A stretch of 64,000 nucleotides of DNA from Terriglobia bacterium (GTDB lineage Bacteria; Acidobacteriota; Terriglobia; 20CM-2-55-15), in the NCBI GenBank assembly GCA_965218585.1, contig CBDCLE010000012.1, positions 154,138 through 218,137 on the forward strand, in the 5' to 3' direction. The position numbers and the translations under genes are program-made. The notes beneath the pieces were generated by a model that did not search any database, had not been told where the DNA came from, and saw nothing but the letters and a program-made list of their open reading frames with translations. This document shows, piece after piece, positions 31,891 through 42,176 of this stretch (the stretch's first letter is position 1; each line of letters begins with the position of its first letter).

Positions 31891-32403
31891 ATGAAAATTC
31901 TGGAACAGAAGATTGAGTTTGAAGGTCGCCGGATAGCCGTGCGGCGGGATCGGATCGTGGACCATGCGGGTCGGGAGACGACGCGTGAAGTCGTTGTTCA
32001 TCCGGGTGCAGTCTCCATCGTGGCGATGGCCTCCCCGGACGAGGTGATCCTGATCAGACAGTATCGGCATCCTACCGGCGAGGAACTCATCGAGATTCCC
32101 GCAGGAACACTCGAAGAGGGCGAAGACCCCATCGACACGGCCCGTCGCGAACTCGAGGAAGAGACCGGGTACCGGTCAGCACGAATCGAACTTCGAGCAA
32201 CGTACTACACGACTCCCGGTTTCAGCGACGAATTGATGTACCTCTACGAAGCCAGCGACCTAACTCTAGCCCAACAAAACCTGGACGAGGATGAAACGAT
32301 CGAAGTTGTCCTGACCCACCGTGAAGAAGCCCTCAGGATGATCCGGGAAGGACGCATCCGGGACGCCAAGACCCTAATTGGCTTGCTGACTCTGCTCAAC
32401 TGA
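31891..32403 (+). CDS. NUDIX hydrolase (ADP-ribose pyrophosphatase-like)
   Basis: IRQYRHP, EIPAGTLE...ARRELEEETGY, IRDAKT. Confidence 0.9.
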   Translation: MKILEQKIEFEGRRIAVRRDRIVDHAGRETTREVVVHPGAVSIVAMASPDEVILIRQYRHPTGEELIEIPAGTLEEGEDPIDTARRELEEETGYRSARIELRATYYTTPGFSDELMYLYEASDLTLAQQNLDEDETIEVVLTHREEALRMIREGRIRDAKTLIGLLTLLN

Positions 32404-32416
32404 TGGCCAGTTTCCT

Positions 32417-33655
32417 GTGAAGTTTCCCGCCTCGCTCCAGCAATGGCGTAAGAACCAGCTTGCCGTTTCGATTTCCGGATCGGGCGTGTGGCTGGGAAAC
32501 ACGCTGGTCATGCCCTTCCTGCCCATTTTCGTTCGCCAACTCGGCGTAGAGGGAACGGGTGCAACGGCATTCTGGACCGGCGTACTGTTCGCCGTCAGCC
32601 CTGCGTTGGCGGCGCTGACAGGACCGATCTGGGGACGGATTGGCGACCGCTACGGCATGCGGTGGGTCACCGCGCGCGCAGCAGCCGGCAACTCCTTGTG
32701 TTGGTTCCTGATGCCCTTTGCGGACAACGTCTGGCACGCCCTGGCGTTCCGTACGGCTCTGGGCGTACTCGGTGGATTCAACAACGTGTCGGTTGCAGCC
32801 ATTACCCAGCTCACGCCCAAGGAACAGACCTCACGCGTCATCGGCACATTGCAATCAACGCAGATCCTGAGCGCAGCTGTTGGGCCCATCGTGGGTGCCT
32901 TGCTGGCCCAGTCGATCGGAATTCGGAACACTTTCTTTGTAACGTCGCTTGTAATGTTCGGCTCATTCTTGAGCATTCTGTTGCTTTACCGCGACCGAGC
33001 CCGGCACTCGGCCGATCGCGACGCGACGAAAGAGAAACGCCCCTCAAGGGGATACCTCAGGAAGCCCGAATACCTGGTCCCCATGCTGATCCTGTTTTCG
33101 ATTCAGATGACGAACCGAACGCACGCACCCGTCGTGCCTCTTTTCCTCGAGGAGTTGGGGACACCGACGAGGGCGCTAATTACCGTCGCCGGAGCCCTGT
33201 TTTCGATCGCAGCTATCGGTGAAGCCTTTTCTGCCTGGCTCTCGGGAAGGCTGGTCGGCCGGATCCACATCAATCGACTCTTGTTGGTACGACTCGGGTT
33301 CGGCGTCGCCTTTCTGACGCCGTTGGCCCTGGCCCAGACCTCAACAGCGTTCTTTGTCTGGCGCATTGCCCTGGCGTTCGTCGCAGGGGGCATCCTGACG
33401 CTCGCCTACGCCGCCGCAGGTGACGTCATACCCAGCGAACAACGGAGTTCGGGATATAGCATTCTCTCGAGCATGTTGATGTTGGGGGGCTCTCTTGGCC
33501 CAATAGTGGCTGGACTTCTGGCTGGACTCAGCTTGCGGGCGGTCTTTTTCTTCAATATCGCGGTCTATGCGTGTCTGATTGTGGTTGTTCTGGCTTATGG
33601 GACAGCTCGAACCGCCGACGGTGGAACCCGGACTGAACCGCTCGACGAACCCTAG
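32417..33655 (+). CDS. MFS transporter (DHA1/MdtG-like)
   Basis: About 12 TM helices, WGRIGDRYG motif A. Confidence 0.88.
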   Translation: MKFPASLQQWRKNQLAVSISGSGVWLGNTLVMPFLPIFVRQLGVEGTGATAFWTGVLFAVSPALAALTGPIWGRIGDRYGMRWVTARAAAGNSLCWFLMPFADNVWHALAFRTALGVLGGFNNVSVAAITQLTPKEQTSRVIGTLQSTQILSAAVGPIVGALLAQSIGIRNTFFVTSLVMFGSFLSILLLYRDRARHSADRDATKEKRPSRGYLRKPEYLVPMLILFSIQMTNRTHAPVVPLFLEELGTPTRALITVAGALFSIAAIGEAFSAWLSGRLVGRIHINRLLLVRLGFGVAFLTPLALAQTSTAFFVWRIALAFVAGGILTLAYAAAGDVIPSEQRSSGYSILSSMLMLGGSLGPIVAGLLAGLSLRAVFFFNIAVYACLIVVVLAYGTARTADGGTRTEPLDEP

Positions 33656-33694
33656 GACACTCCGCTATCGGTCATCAGCTGAGGCGACAAGTGG

Positions 33695-34861
33695 CTAAGG
33701 GACGCTAATCCATTCCTCGGGCGCCTTCATGAGACGTTCACAGCCTGTCTCCGTGATGACAAAGGTGTTTTCTATACCGGCGCCTCCGACTCCTGGATAG
33801 AAGATTTTCGGTTCCATCGCCAGAACGACTCCGGGTTCGAGGGGCTCGTCAAACCGAGGCGCGATCACCGGCAGTTCGTCCAACTCCAGGCCGACACCAT
33901 GCGCGATAAAGCGGACCTGGTTCTCAGCAGCACCCATGAAATGGGTGGCATAGTCGCTCCCGGCCAGGCGTTCCTGGGCTTTGGCGTAGATTTCGCCGGG
34001 AACATTGCCAGGTTTGAGCTGTTCTTCCAACCAGGCATTCAGTTCGAGGATAAACGCATGGGTGTCGGCAACCTGGGTCGACGGTTCCCCGAGCGAATAC
34101 GCTCTGGATCCATCGGCGATGTAACCTCCATGGCCGCCGACGATGTCGACCATAACCGGTTCCCCCCGAACCAGAGTTTTGCGGCCGGCCATCAATGGCA
34201 CGGCCGGATACAGCCCCCTCACACCGACCGGCCCGTCGAAGCTATGGGGATAGGCGCTCGTATCTCCGAAAGAGACCGCCCCGTAGTGCATCTCCATATT
34301 GAAACGACGCAAACGGGTGAAACCCTGGTGTCCTTCCATGCGCATGACGTACTCGATCCGGGCGCCCAGTTCAAACTCGGCAATCCCTTCTCGAAGCTGG
34401 CCTGGAATGTCGAGAAACGCGGCGTCCACCATGCGAGCCGCCTGACGGATATGGTCGATCTCAAATTCCGTCTTTACTGAACGGGCTCGCCTTAGAGAAA
34501 GAGATGCATCGACGAACTCCAGATCCGGAAAGGCCTTGCTGATCTGCCGATGGACGGCCACTGGCACGACATCGAATTCCAGGCCCACGACTTCAGCAGA
34601 GGGAAAGAGCCCGGCAAGCTCTGAGTATTTTCTAAACCCAACGATGTTTGTCAGTGGGGATTCTGTTTTCGCCCGAGAGACACTCTTTCGAACCGCAAAA
34701 ACAGGCTCGCCCTCGAGGGGAAACCAGAGGACTCCATCCTGAACTGTGCCACTCAGATAAAACTGATCAACGTTCTGAACGAGGAGCAGCGCGTCGCAAT
34801 CCATGAATCTGCGGACGCGTGCCCAACGCCGTTCAAGTTCTTCTCTGGGGACATACTCCAT
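33695..34861 (-). CDS. M24 Xaa-Pro peptidase family protein
   Basis: RSVKTEFEI, VMVD...GYIADGSR, HGVGLELDE, AMEPK, GIENTF; start at MEYVP with AGGA RBS. Confidence 0.88.
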   Translation of the reverse strand: MEYVPREELERRWARVRRFMDCDALLLVQNVDQFYLSGTVQDGVLWFPLEGEPVFAVRKSVSRAKTESPLTNIVGFRKYSELAGLFPSAEVVGLEFDVVPVAVHRQISKAFPDLEFVDASLSLRRARSVKTEFEIDHIRQAARMVDAAFLDIPGQLREGIAEFELGARIEYVMRMEGHQGFTRLRRFNMEMHYGAVSFGDTSAYPHSFDGPVGVRGLYPAVPLMAGRKTLVRGEPVMVDIVGGHGGYIADGSRAYSLGEPSTQVADTHAFILELNAWLEEQLKPGNVPGEIYAKAQERLAGSDYATHFMGAAENQVRFIAHGVGLELDELPVIAPRFDEPLEPGVVLAMEPKIFYPGVGGAGIENTFVITETGCERLMKAPEEWISVP

Positions 34862-35001
34862 CAACATTCCTCTGATTAACGATTGATTATAGGGGACGGC
34901 GACCGAATTTCTCGCCGAACACTTCCGGCAATCAAAACAAGGAATTCGGTCTCTGTCCCTACTTTTTTGGACACGTCCCTGTTTCCTGATATGATTTCGA
35001 T

Positions 35002-35150
35002 GAACTTCGGATGAGGGAAAGCGGTGAGACGCCGCTACTGCCCCGCAACTGTAAGACGACAAGTTCCCACACCACAGCCACTGCCGGAGAGAAACCGGTG
35101 GGAAGGCGCTATCGATTGCGGTGTCGTCGAGTCAGGAAACCTCCCGAGGA
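35002..35150 (+). promoter_or_regulatory. Cobalamin riboswitch
   Basis: AGGGAA, CGGTG, CTGCCCCCGCAACTGT, GCCACTG, GGGAAGG, B12-box AGTCAGGAAACCT; upstream of a BtuF-like gene; promoter TGGACA-N16-TATGAT at 34968-34995. Confidence 0.92.
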
Positions 35151-35176
35151 AATGACCTTTCGAGGGAGAGGAATCC

Positions 35177-36082
35177 ATGACTCTATCTTGCCTGTTCCGA
35201 TTTCGACCCGGTGTCCCGGTTATAGCCACGTTCCTGCTGCTGTCGGCCTGCACAGCGCCGGATAACTCCGGCCCACAGGAGGCGGCTGTTCCCGAACGCA
35301 TCATATCGCTTGTACCCACAGTCACCGAAACACTCTTCGCTCTCGGTGCGGGCGACCGCGTCGTCGGCGTCAGTGATTTCGATAACTACCCGCCGGAAGC
35401 GGCTACGCGGCCGCGTGTTGGAGCTCTCATCAATCCCAACCTCGAGAGAATATTCGAGCTGCAACCAGACCTGGTGATCACCTACGGGACACAGTCTCTC
35501 CTGCGGGAACGACTTGCTGGGGAAGGCATTCGACAGGTTCCGTTCGTGTCCGGAAGCATCGACCATGTATTGGAATCGATCCGAACACTGGGCCGTGAAG
35601 TGGGCATGGCTGCCGAAGGCGAACGACTCTCAAATGAAATCAGTGAAGAGTTGGAAAGAATTCGGTCCGGATCGACTGGCGAGAATCCCAACGTGCTCCT
35701 GGTTCACAGCCGGGAAGTCGGAACGATGGGTTCTTTCTATTCGGGTGGCGCCCTGTCTTACTTCGATGAGTTGATCGACCTTGGCGGTGGGCAGAATATA
35801 TTCGGCGATGTCGATGAAAACATTTTTCAACCTTCGCTGGAAGAGGTCCTCAAACGTGCTCCCGAAGTCATCATCGAGTTGTTGCCTTCCGATTCGGACG
35901 GCAACGCGCGCATCGACCAGAGACTGGCCGACTGGCAGGCACTGGAGTCGGTTCCAGCCGTTCGTGATGGGCGGGTTTACGTCCTCGCCGGAGACCACCT
36001 GTTACTGGTAGGCCCCCGCCTTCACTTAGCCGCGGCTGACATCGCGAACGCCATCCGGGACCGGTCCCTCACTTCGAACTAG
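35177..36082 (+). CDS. btuF: Cobalamin-binding periplasmic lipoprotein (helical-backbone receptor)
   Basis: LSAC lipobox, RIISLVPTVTETLFALG, PAVRDGRV, GPRL; riboswitch upstream. Confidence 0.85.
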   Translation: MTLSCLFRFRPGVPVIATFLLLSACTAPDNSGPQEAAVPERIISLVPTVTETLFALGAGDRVVGVSDFDNYPPEAATRPRVGALINPNLERIFELQPDLVITYGTQSLLRERLAGEGIRQVPFVSGSIDHVLESIRTLGREVGMAAEGERLSNEISEELERIRSGSTGENPNVLLVHSREVGTMGSFYSGGALSYFDELIDLGGGQNIFGDVDENIFQPSLEEVLKRAPEVIIELLPSDSDGNARIDQRLADWQALESVPAVRDGRVYVLAGDHLLLVGPRLHLAAADIANAIRDRSLTSN

Positions 36083-36224
36083 GAATCCAGGACTCATGTC
36101 CGTCAACTCAGGATCTGTCATAGTCTTTCCTCTTGTAGGAATTACTTGTATTGGGACTGTGGCGGATGTCGTTAATTCAAAACGGGAAAGAGCCCGCCGA
36201 ACAACACAGGAACCAGTTCGACGC

Positions 36225-36254
36225 TTGACCATTTTCAAGTATAAACCTTAGAAT
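36225..36254 (+). promoter_or_regulatory. Sigma70-type promoter of carD
   Basis: TTGACC-N18-TAGAAT. Confidence 0.55.
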
Positions 36255-36278
36255 GGTTAAACACCTGCGGTAGGATTT

Positions 36279-36788
36279 ATGGAAGAGTTTGAAATTGGCG
36301 ATCAGGTGGTTTACCCAAACCATGGGGTCGGACTTATCGAAAAGATCTCGAATCGCCTGGTTCAAGGGAAGTTCGAAAGATTCTACCTATTAAGAATCTG
36401 CTCCAACGACATTCTCGTGATGGTTCCGACCGCCAACGCCCAGGACGTCGGCTTGAGGCGCACGATCGACAGCAAACAGGTTAATCGTCTTTTTACTTTT
36501 CTCTCCAACAAAGACTTCTTTTCGCAGCGGGATTGGAAAGACCGTTTTAAGGAAAACTCTGAAAAAATGCGGTCGGGTTCCATTTTCCACGTTGCCGAGG
36601 TCTATAAGAACCTCGTTTACCTCAACAAGATCAAGCCTCTGTCTTTCCGGGAAAAACGAATGCAGGACCGGGCACGTTTTCTGCTCGTGTCGGAACTGGC
36701 GTCGGTAATGAGCGTTCCCGAAGATGATATCGAAGGCCGGATAGACAAAAGAGTCGATAAGGCCTGCGCCAAAGTCCCTGTCGCCTAA
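36279..36788 (+). CDS. carD: CarD family transcriptional regulator
   Basis: FEIGDQVVYPNHGVG, VPT...VGLR, WKDR, LSFREK. Confidence 0.93.
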   Translation: MEEFEIGDQVVYPNHGVGLIEKISNRLVQGKFERFYLLRICSNDILVMVPTANAQDVGLRRTIDSKQVNRLFTFLSNKDFFSQRDWKDRFKENSEKMRSGSIFHVAEVYKNLVYLNKIKPLSFREKRMQDRARFLLVSELASVMSVPEDDIEGRIDKRVDKACAKVPVA

Positions 36789-36808
36789 GCCTGTTCCAGG
36801 CCTCCCTT

Positions 36809-38101
36809 ATGCCTTCGATTCTGCTCATCATTCTGCTTTTTGTCTTTCTCCTTTTGTCCGGACTGTTCTCCCTATCGGAAACTGCTGTCCTGTCCAGCAA
36901 CCGATACCGAATCCGGCACCTGGCGGCAACCGGTAACAAGCAAGCTAAGAAACTGGCCCTGTGGCTCGACGCTCCTCAGAAACTACTCGCCACAATTCTG
37001 TTGGGAAACAACTTCGCCAACATCGGAGCTGCGACTGTGGCCGCTGCAATGGTCGCGCGCACGGTGGCCGAAGAACAACGCGACGTGTTTCTGGCGCTGG
37101 AAACTGTCGCGCTAACACTCGTCGTTCTGCTGTTCTGCGAACTGGGACCGAAAGCGTTTGCAACGCGGACTCCCGAGCGAACGAGCTTGCGACTTGTCGT
37201 GCCAATCGAACTCTGGATGCGAATCTCCTATCCGATCGCTCGGCTGAGCATCAATTTCGCAGGGCTCTTCTACCGCAGCGTACGCGAAGACCATCGGTCG
37301 CTGGCGGCATCAATCTCTGACGTCGAACTCAAATCCATCATCAATTCTTATACGCAGGATCGTCGGAAGATGCTCGAACGCGTTCTCGAGTTCTCCGAGC
37401 GTCAGGTGCGAGATGTGATGGTTCCCCGTATGAAGACAGTAGCGATGGCGATCGACACGCCCATCGAAGAGGTTCTGAACATCGTCGAAACCACACGAAT
37501 GACCCGCTTTCCGGTCTACCAGGGGAGCATGGACAACGTACTCGGCATCATGCACGGCAAGGACCTGATGCCTTACCTGCACTCATCAAAATCCTTCCGC
37601 CTGTCCCAACTACTACGAAGACCCGTTTTCATTCCCGATACAGCTCGACTGAACAACGCCATTCGGGTCCTCCAGTCGGCACAAACACATCTGGGCATCG
37701 TTGTCGATGAACACGGTGGCGTCGAAGGAATCGTGACCCTGGAAGATCTGATCGAACAGATCGTCGGCGAAATTCAGGACGAGCACGACATCGAAGTCGA
37801 CGAAATAATTCCGCAGCCAAACGGAAGCTACGTGATCGATGCTGGAATTTCAGTGAGAGAACTCAACGAGAGACTTCACCTGAGCATACCCGAGCACGGG
37901 TACTACGTCACGCTCGGCGGGTTCATGATGATGAAGACGGGCCGGCTTCCGCTTGAGGGGGACACGATCGAGTTTGAAGACAACAGCTACCAGGTGGAAC
38001 AGATGGTCGGTCGCCGGATCATGCGAGTCAGAATGACACGCCATGCCCCGATGGAAGCCGAGGATGACCAGGGTGTCAAAGTCGCCCGGGACGCTTCCTG
38101 A
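36809..38101 (+). CDS. CNNM/TlyC (CorB/CorC-like) membrane protein with CBS and CorC domains
   Basis: FSLSETA, ELGPK, DVMVPR, VVDEHGG, TLEDLIEQIVGEI. Confidence 0.9.
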   Translation: MPSILLIILLFVFLLLSGLFSLSETAVLSSNRYRIRHLAATGNKQAKKLALWLDAPQKLLATILLGNNFANIGAATVAAAMVARTVAEEQRDVFLALETVALTLVVLLFCELGPKAFATRTPERTSLRLVVPIELWMRISYPIARLSINFAGLFYRSVREDHRSLAASISDVELKSIINSYTQDRRKMLERVLEFSERQVRDVMVPRMKTVAMAIDTPIEEVLNIVETTRMTRFPVYQGSMDNVLGIMHGKDLMPYLHSSKSFRLSQLLRRPVFIPDTARLNNAIRVLQSAQTHLGIVVDEHGGVEGIVTLEDLIEQIVGEIQDEHDIEVDEIIPQPNGSYVIDAGISVRELNERLHLSIPEHGYYVTLGGFMMMKTGRLPLEGDTIEFEDNSYQVEQMVGRRIMRVRMTRHAPMEAEDDQGVKVARDAS

Positions 38102-38108
38102 AAAGCCG

Positions 38109-39389
38109 CTATCTCTGCACCAAATTCTCCAGTAGTTCAAAGAAACCCGGGAAGGAAATATCCACGCACCCGGAATCCTCGATTTCGATGCCGATGCCAG
38201 ACACCAGGCCGGCCACTGCGAAGGCCATGGCCACACGGTGATCTCCGAACGACGAGACCCTACCTCCCTCAATGACCTGCCCTCCATGGACTCGCAGACC
38301 GTCGTCGAATTCCTCGACCTCCACGCCAATCGATCTCAAATTTGTCACGACAGCGTGGATGCGGTCGCTCTCCTTTAAACGCAACTCACCGGCGCCTCGA
38401 ATTCGGATTCCTTCTGAGGCTGCTCCAAGGACAGCTATGATCGGCAGCTCGTCGATCAATCCGGCCGTCGCTTCGGGAGGCACATCGATCGGGAGCAAAT
38501 TCGAGGAACGAACCTGTATGTCCGCCACCGGCTCTCCGCCTTCATTGCTCAGAGAATCCAGTGAAACCAGCCCACCCGATCGTTCAATCAATGCCAGGCA
38601 GGCCGACCGTGTCGGATTAACGCCCACACCATTCAGTCGTAACCGGGATCGAGGAACGAGGAGCGCTCCCGCTATCAGGAAAGCTGCCGAGGACAAATCA
38701 CCGGGAATACGGAGAGAACGCCCATGAAGAATTCCTCCGCCATCGACTTCGATTCGTCCGCCGTCCGAACGCAGTCGGGCACCCGAGGCCGTCAGCGCGA
38801 TCTCAATATGGTCCCGGGTCTGAACAGTCTCGTAGACCGAGGTCGTTCCTTCGGCATGGAGTCCCGCCAGCAGAACCGCCGATTTCACCTGTGCACTCGG
38901 CACAGGCAAGTCGTAATCAATGGCCTTTAGTGGACCCCCTTCTATACTGAGCGGCAGATGACCGTCGGTGGATTCCAGCCGCGCTCCAAAGCGTTCCAAA
39001 GGATCCACCACACGCGACATCGGCCGTCGGGAGAGCGACTCGTCCCCTGTCAGCGTTGAGCGAAAACTCTGACCTGCAAGAATGCCCGAGAGAAGACGGA
39101 CCGTCGTCCCGGAATTTCCCGCATCAAGATCTCCCACCGGAGGCTCGAGACCACCCAACCCCCGCCCCTCCATGGTTACCTTTCCGTTGGCCGACCGGAC
39201 ATCAACACCCAACTTCCTCAGACACGCAAGCGTCGTCTGAGGGTCTGCTCCATTGGGAAAGTTGTCTGCCTCGGTGGTTCCTCGAGAGATCGCGCCAATC
39301 AGAGCGATCCTGTGGCCAATCGACTTATCTCCGGGCACCTCGATCTCACCCGTTAGGGATCTGGCCGGCAAGATCTGTGTCGTCTTCAT
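38109..39389 (-). CDS. aroA: EPSP synthase
   Basis: PGDKSIGHR, GNSGTT, SAQVKSA, LIDELP, ELRLKESDR, GDHRVAM. Confidence 0.97.
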   Translation of the reverse strand: MKTTQILPARSLTGEIEVPGDKSIGHRIALIGAISRGTTEADNFPNGADPQTTLACLRKLGVDVRSANGKVTMEGRGLGGLEPPVGDLDAGNSGTTVRLLSGILAGQSFRSTLTGDESLSRRPMSRVVDPLERFGARLESTDGHLPLSIEGGPLKAIDYDLPVPSAQVKSAVLLAGLHAEGTTSVYETVQTRDHIEIALTASGARLRSDGGRIEVDGGGILHGRSLRIPGDLSSAAFLIAGALLVPRSRLRLNGVGVNPTRSACLALIERSGGLVSLDSLSNEGGEPVADIQVRSSNLLPIDVPPEATAGLIDELPIIAVLGAASEGIRIRGAGELRLKESDRIHAVVTNLRSIGVEVEEFDDGLRVHGGQVIEGGRVSSFGDHRVAMAFAVAGLVSGIGIEIEDSGCVDISFPGFFELLENLVQR

Positions 39390-39563
39390 CTATAAGTTGA
39401 TGCGGTCGAAGACCGCCCTCGATAGGGTTGCTCCAAGCTTCAGAAGAGGTTTCAAGGATACCATGCCGTTTTGGCGAGGTCTGAATCAACGAACGCGCTG
39501 CAACAGGTAGAGTTCAGAATCGTCCATTGACTTAAAAATGGGCCACGTGCTATTTGTCGAACG

Positions 39564-40004
39564 ATGGGTTCAAGCGACGCGTCAGTATTTGAGTTAACGG
39601 TTCCCAGCCGGATGGAAGAGTTGGAGTCCGTGCAACAGTTCGCGGAAAGCGCAAGCGAAGCTCTCGGTCTGGAGAAGGAATTCGCTTACTGGATCGAATT
39701 GACCGTCAGCGAGTCCGCGATCAACGCAATTCAGCACGGCAACGAGTTGGATCCCGCGAAGAGCGTTTCTCTCCGAATTTCGTCAGACGGAAAAACAATA
39801 GAAATAGTCGTTGAAGACCAGGGTGCGGGCTTCGAACTTGCAGACGTGCCGGATCCGACAGACGTTGAAAACCTGCTCAAACCCGGAGGTCGTGGGATTC
39901 TGATAATTCAGTCCTTTATGGACACCGTCGAAGTCACTCATATCGACGGTGGCGGCAGTCGCCTGCGGATGGTCAAGAGCATCACGGATGGACAAGTCGC
40001 ATGA
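39564..40004 (+). CDS. Anti-sigma Ser/Thr kinase (RsbW-like)
   Basis: ESAINAIQHGN, EDQGAGF, GGRGILII. Confidence 0.88.
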   Translation: MGSSDASVFELTVPSRMEELESVQQFAESASEALGLEKEFAYWIELTVSESAINAIQHGNELDPAKSVSLRISSDGKTIEIVVEDQGAGFELADVPDPTDVENLLKPGGRGILIIQSFMDTVEVTHIDGGGSRLRMVKSITDGQVA

Positions 40005-40345
40005 GCATGGCGATAACAAAGAGGCAGCTCGATGATGTCGTCATCCTGGATCTGGCTGGCCGCATCACCATCGGAGAAGGCACGATCATGTTGCGGCAAC
40101 GCATACAACAAATGCTCGAGGCAGGTGACAGGAAATTTCTGCTGAGCCTGGCCGATGTCGATTACATCGACAGTTCTGGATTGGGGGAGTTGGTCTCCTC
40201 CTTCACAACGGTGAAGAACCAAGAGGGCGCACTCAAGCTACTGGGTTTGACACGCCGGGTGCAGGACCTGATGCAGATCACGAAACTGCTGACCGTCTTC
40301 GATGTTTACGACGACGAAGCCGAAGCTCTGAAGAGCTTTCGATGA
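40001..40345 (+). CDS. STAS anti-anti-sigma factor (RsbV-like)
   Basis: VDYIDSSGLGELV. Confidence 0.92.
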   Translation: MSMAITKRQLDDVVILDLAGRITIGEGTIMLRQRIQQMLEAGDRKFLLSLADVDYIDSSGLGELVSSFTTVKNQEGALKLLGLTRRVQDLMQITKLLTVFDVYDDEAEALKSFR

Positions 40346-40401
40346 AGGAGCCCTCAGCAATTTGCTATCAGCCAAGGGCCGTGGCTCGGGACTGAAAACT
40401 C

Positions 40402-40992
40402 TCACCTCTCCACAACGATATTCGAATCGACCAGAACCAGCCGCATCAACCGACCCTCCTCATCTGTCGTCGCGAACAACCGAATATTCTCGCTATCCAG
40501 TTCGTAGGCTTGATCTCCGACTCGATTGACCTCGAGAGATCCCAAGGTCATCTGCTGGGGCACGAAAACGGGCACGGTTCCACCCGCTTCACCCAAACGG
40601 TAGAGCAGGAGCATGTAGTGATGGAAAAAATTGTCGTCGATGATCGTCCCACCCAGAGGAAATCGGACGTCGTACGGGGTTCTCTGGCCGTCAACGGTGT
40701 ATTCAATCTCGGCAACCTGATCTTCGATATCCACATTGAGCACCTGATTCCCGGAGCGGTACTCGTACTTGATCGGATTAAAACGCTCGTCCAGTTCCAT
40801 TCGGCTCCGAGCGTCGATGCTCTGATCGTTCAACTCCAAGCGGGTGCGCCCAGTCGCGAGGAAGCCGTCGCCGTTTCTGATGATGGAAAATTCTTCGCTT
40901 CCAACCCTTTCTCCGTTGACCGTGACCGTGAAACGGGAGTTCTCCACCTGAAGCGGCAAGACCAGAAGCAGAACCAGGGAAGCGATTGTCAT
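40402..40992 (-). CDS. Secreted beta-rich hypothetical protein
   Basis: Hydrophobic N-terminus; ATGA overlap with the aroK stop. Confidence 0.65.
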   Translation of the reverse strand: MTIASLVLLLVLPLQVENSRFTVTVNGERVGSEEFSIIRNGDGFLATGRTRLELNDQSIDARSRMELDERFNPIKYEYRSGNQVLNVDIEDQVAEIEYTVDGQRTPYDVRFPLGGTIIDDNFFHHYMLLLYRLGEAGGTVPVFVPQQMTLGSLEVNRVGDQAYELDSENIRLFATTDEEGRLMRLVLVDSNIVVER

Positions 40993-41489
40993 AGCGAATT
41001 GACGATTCGAAAAATGTCGTCGGCAATGTCCGTGGGGGTCAGGTCATCGGTCTCGACCCTCACTGCCGCCATTCTATACGATGACAGTCGCCGCTGGTAG
41101 AGTTCGGCGATACCGTTCGAATCGGAAAACAGAGGCCGCACGCCATCGTCCTCGATGCGCTCCTCGATCGACTCGAGTTTTGCTTCCAGGTACACCGACA
41201 CTCCGTTCCCCTCGACATAGGAACGATTCTCCGGGTCGGCATAGGCCCCTCCGCCGAGAGCTACAACACGCCCCGACGGTCCTGACACTGCCCGGAGTTG
41301 CTCCGATTCGACGCGACGAAAGTGAGGCTCGCCGGCGTCTCTGAAAATGTCAGACACGGACTTGCCTTCTGCACGTTCGATTTCGTCGTCCAGGTCGACG
41401 AACGGCCAACCGAGTTTCTCGGCCAGGAGTTGTCCAACAGTCGTCTTACCGGCACCCATAAAACCGATGAGGTAGATTCGTTCCACCAT
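40989..41489 (-). CDS. aroK: Shikimate kinase
   Basis: IGFMGAGKTTVG, DLDDEIE, GEPHFR, ALGGG. Confidence 0.95.
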   Translation of the reverse strand: MVERIYLIGFMGAGKTTVGQLLAEKLGWPFVDLDDEIERAEGKSVSDIFRDAGEPHFRRVESEQLRAVSGPSGRVVALGGGAYADPENRSYVEGNGVSVYLEAKLESIEERIEDDGVRPLFSDSNGIAELYQRRLSSYRMAAVRVETDDLTPTDIADDIFRIVNSL

Positions 41490-41495
41490 CGCATA

Positions 41496-41586
41496 CACAG
41501 ATTACACGGATGGTTGAGCGGATTACACGGATAAGGTGAGACGTCGATTACGCGGATCGGGTCAACGATCCGCGTAATCGGCGTGA
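41496..41586. repeat. Intergenic repeat, GATTAC(A/G)CGGAT family
   Basis: Three direct copies plus one inverted copy (atccgcgtaatc). Confidence 0.75.
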
Positions 41587-42138
41587 CTAGGCGGGCTGGG
41601 GCGCGTGGGTCTTGTAGTGCTTCTTGCCCTCCTCGGAAAGAAGAACCCAGAACGCGTAGATGCCCACAGCCGTTCCCAGAGGAAACTTGAACATAAGAAG
41701 AGAGGCGACGATGAGAGCCATCACGCGGCCCCAACTTTGGTAATAAAGGATTCCGACTCCGGCGGCAACCGACAACCCCGCCACGACCAACATCGTCGCA
41801 GCCGTAATCAGAACGATGATCGAAACCATCGGGCCCAGATCCATCCCCAACATCGGCTCGACCTCAACCGGGATTGGAACGACCCGCATCAGGCCGCCGG
41901 CCATGAAGACCAAAGTCGATGTCAGGCCCGTCAGTACGGCGGATCCGATCAAAAGCCAACCCAGCAACTTGACGTGAAGTTCCATCCGCTCTCCATCAAC
42001 CCCCTGGTGGGGCTTGGGACTGGCGCCCGATCCCAATCCGGTACCGCACTCTTTGCAGAAACGGAAGTGATCTTCCGCGGCTACTCCACATTCTGGACAA
42101 TACACGGCAAACCTCCCTTGTACGCTGTCCGAGCTCAA
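41587..42138 (-). CDS. Zinc-ribbon membrane protein
   Basis: CPECG...FCKECG, 3-4 TMs, FPLGTAVGIYAFWVL. Confidence 0.75.
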   Translation of the reverse strand: MSSDSVQGRFAVYCPECGVAAEDHFRFCKECGTGLGSGASPKPHQGVDGERMELHVKLLGWLLIGSAVLTGLTSTLVFMAGGLMRVVPIPVEVEPMLGMDLGPMVSIIVLITAATMLVVAGLSVAAGVGILYYQSWGRVMALIVASLLMFKFPLGTAVGIYAFWVLLSEEGKKHYKTHAPQPA

Positions 42139-42176
42139 TCAACCCGATAGCCGAAAGATGACAGTAGTTGCTCCCT

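Noticed and set aside
34862-35062. Long N-terminal extension of the M24 peptidase ORF
   Set aside because: Overlaps the riboswitch and promoter; a better start with RBS is at 34861
34981-35140. Pairing of GTTTCCTGA with the B12 box TCAGGAAAC as an anti-aptamer
   Set aside because: The 5' arm lies in the predicted promoter spacer, upstream of the likely TSS, so it is probably not transcribed
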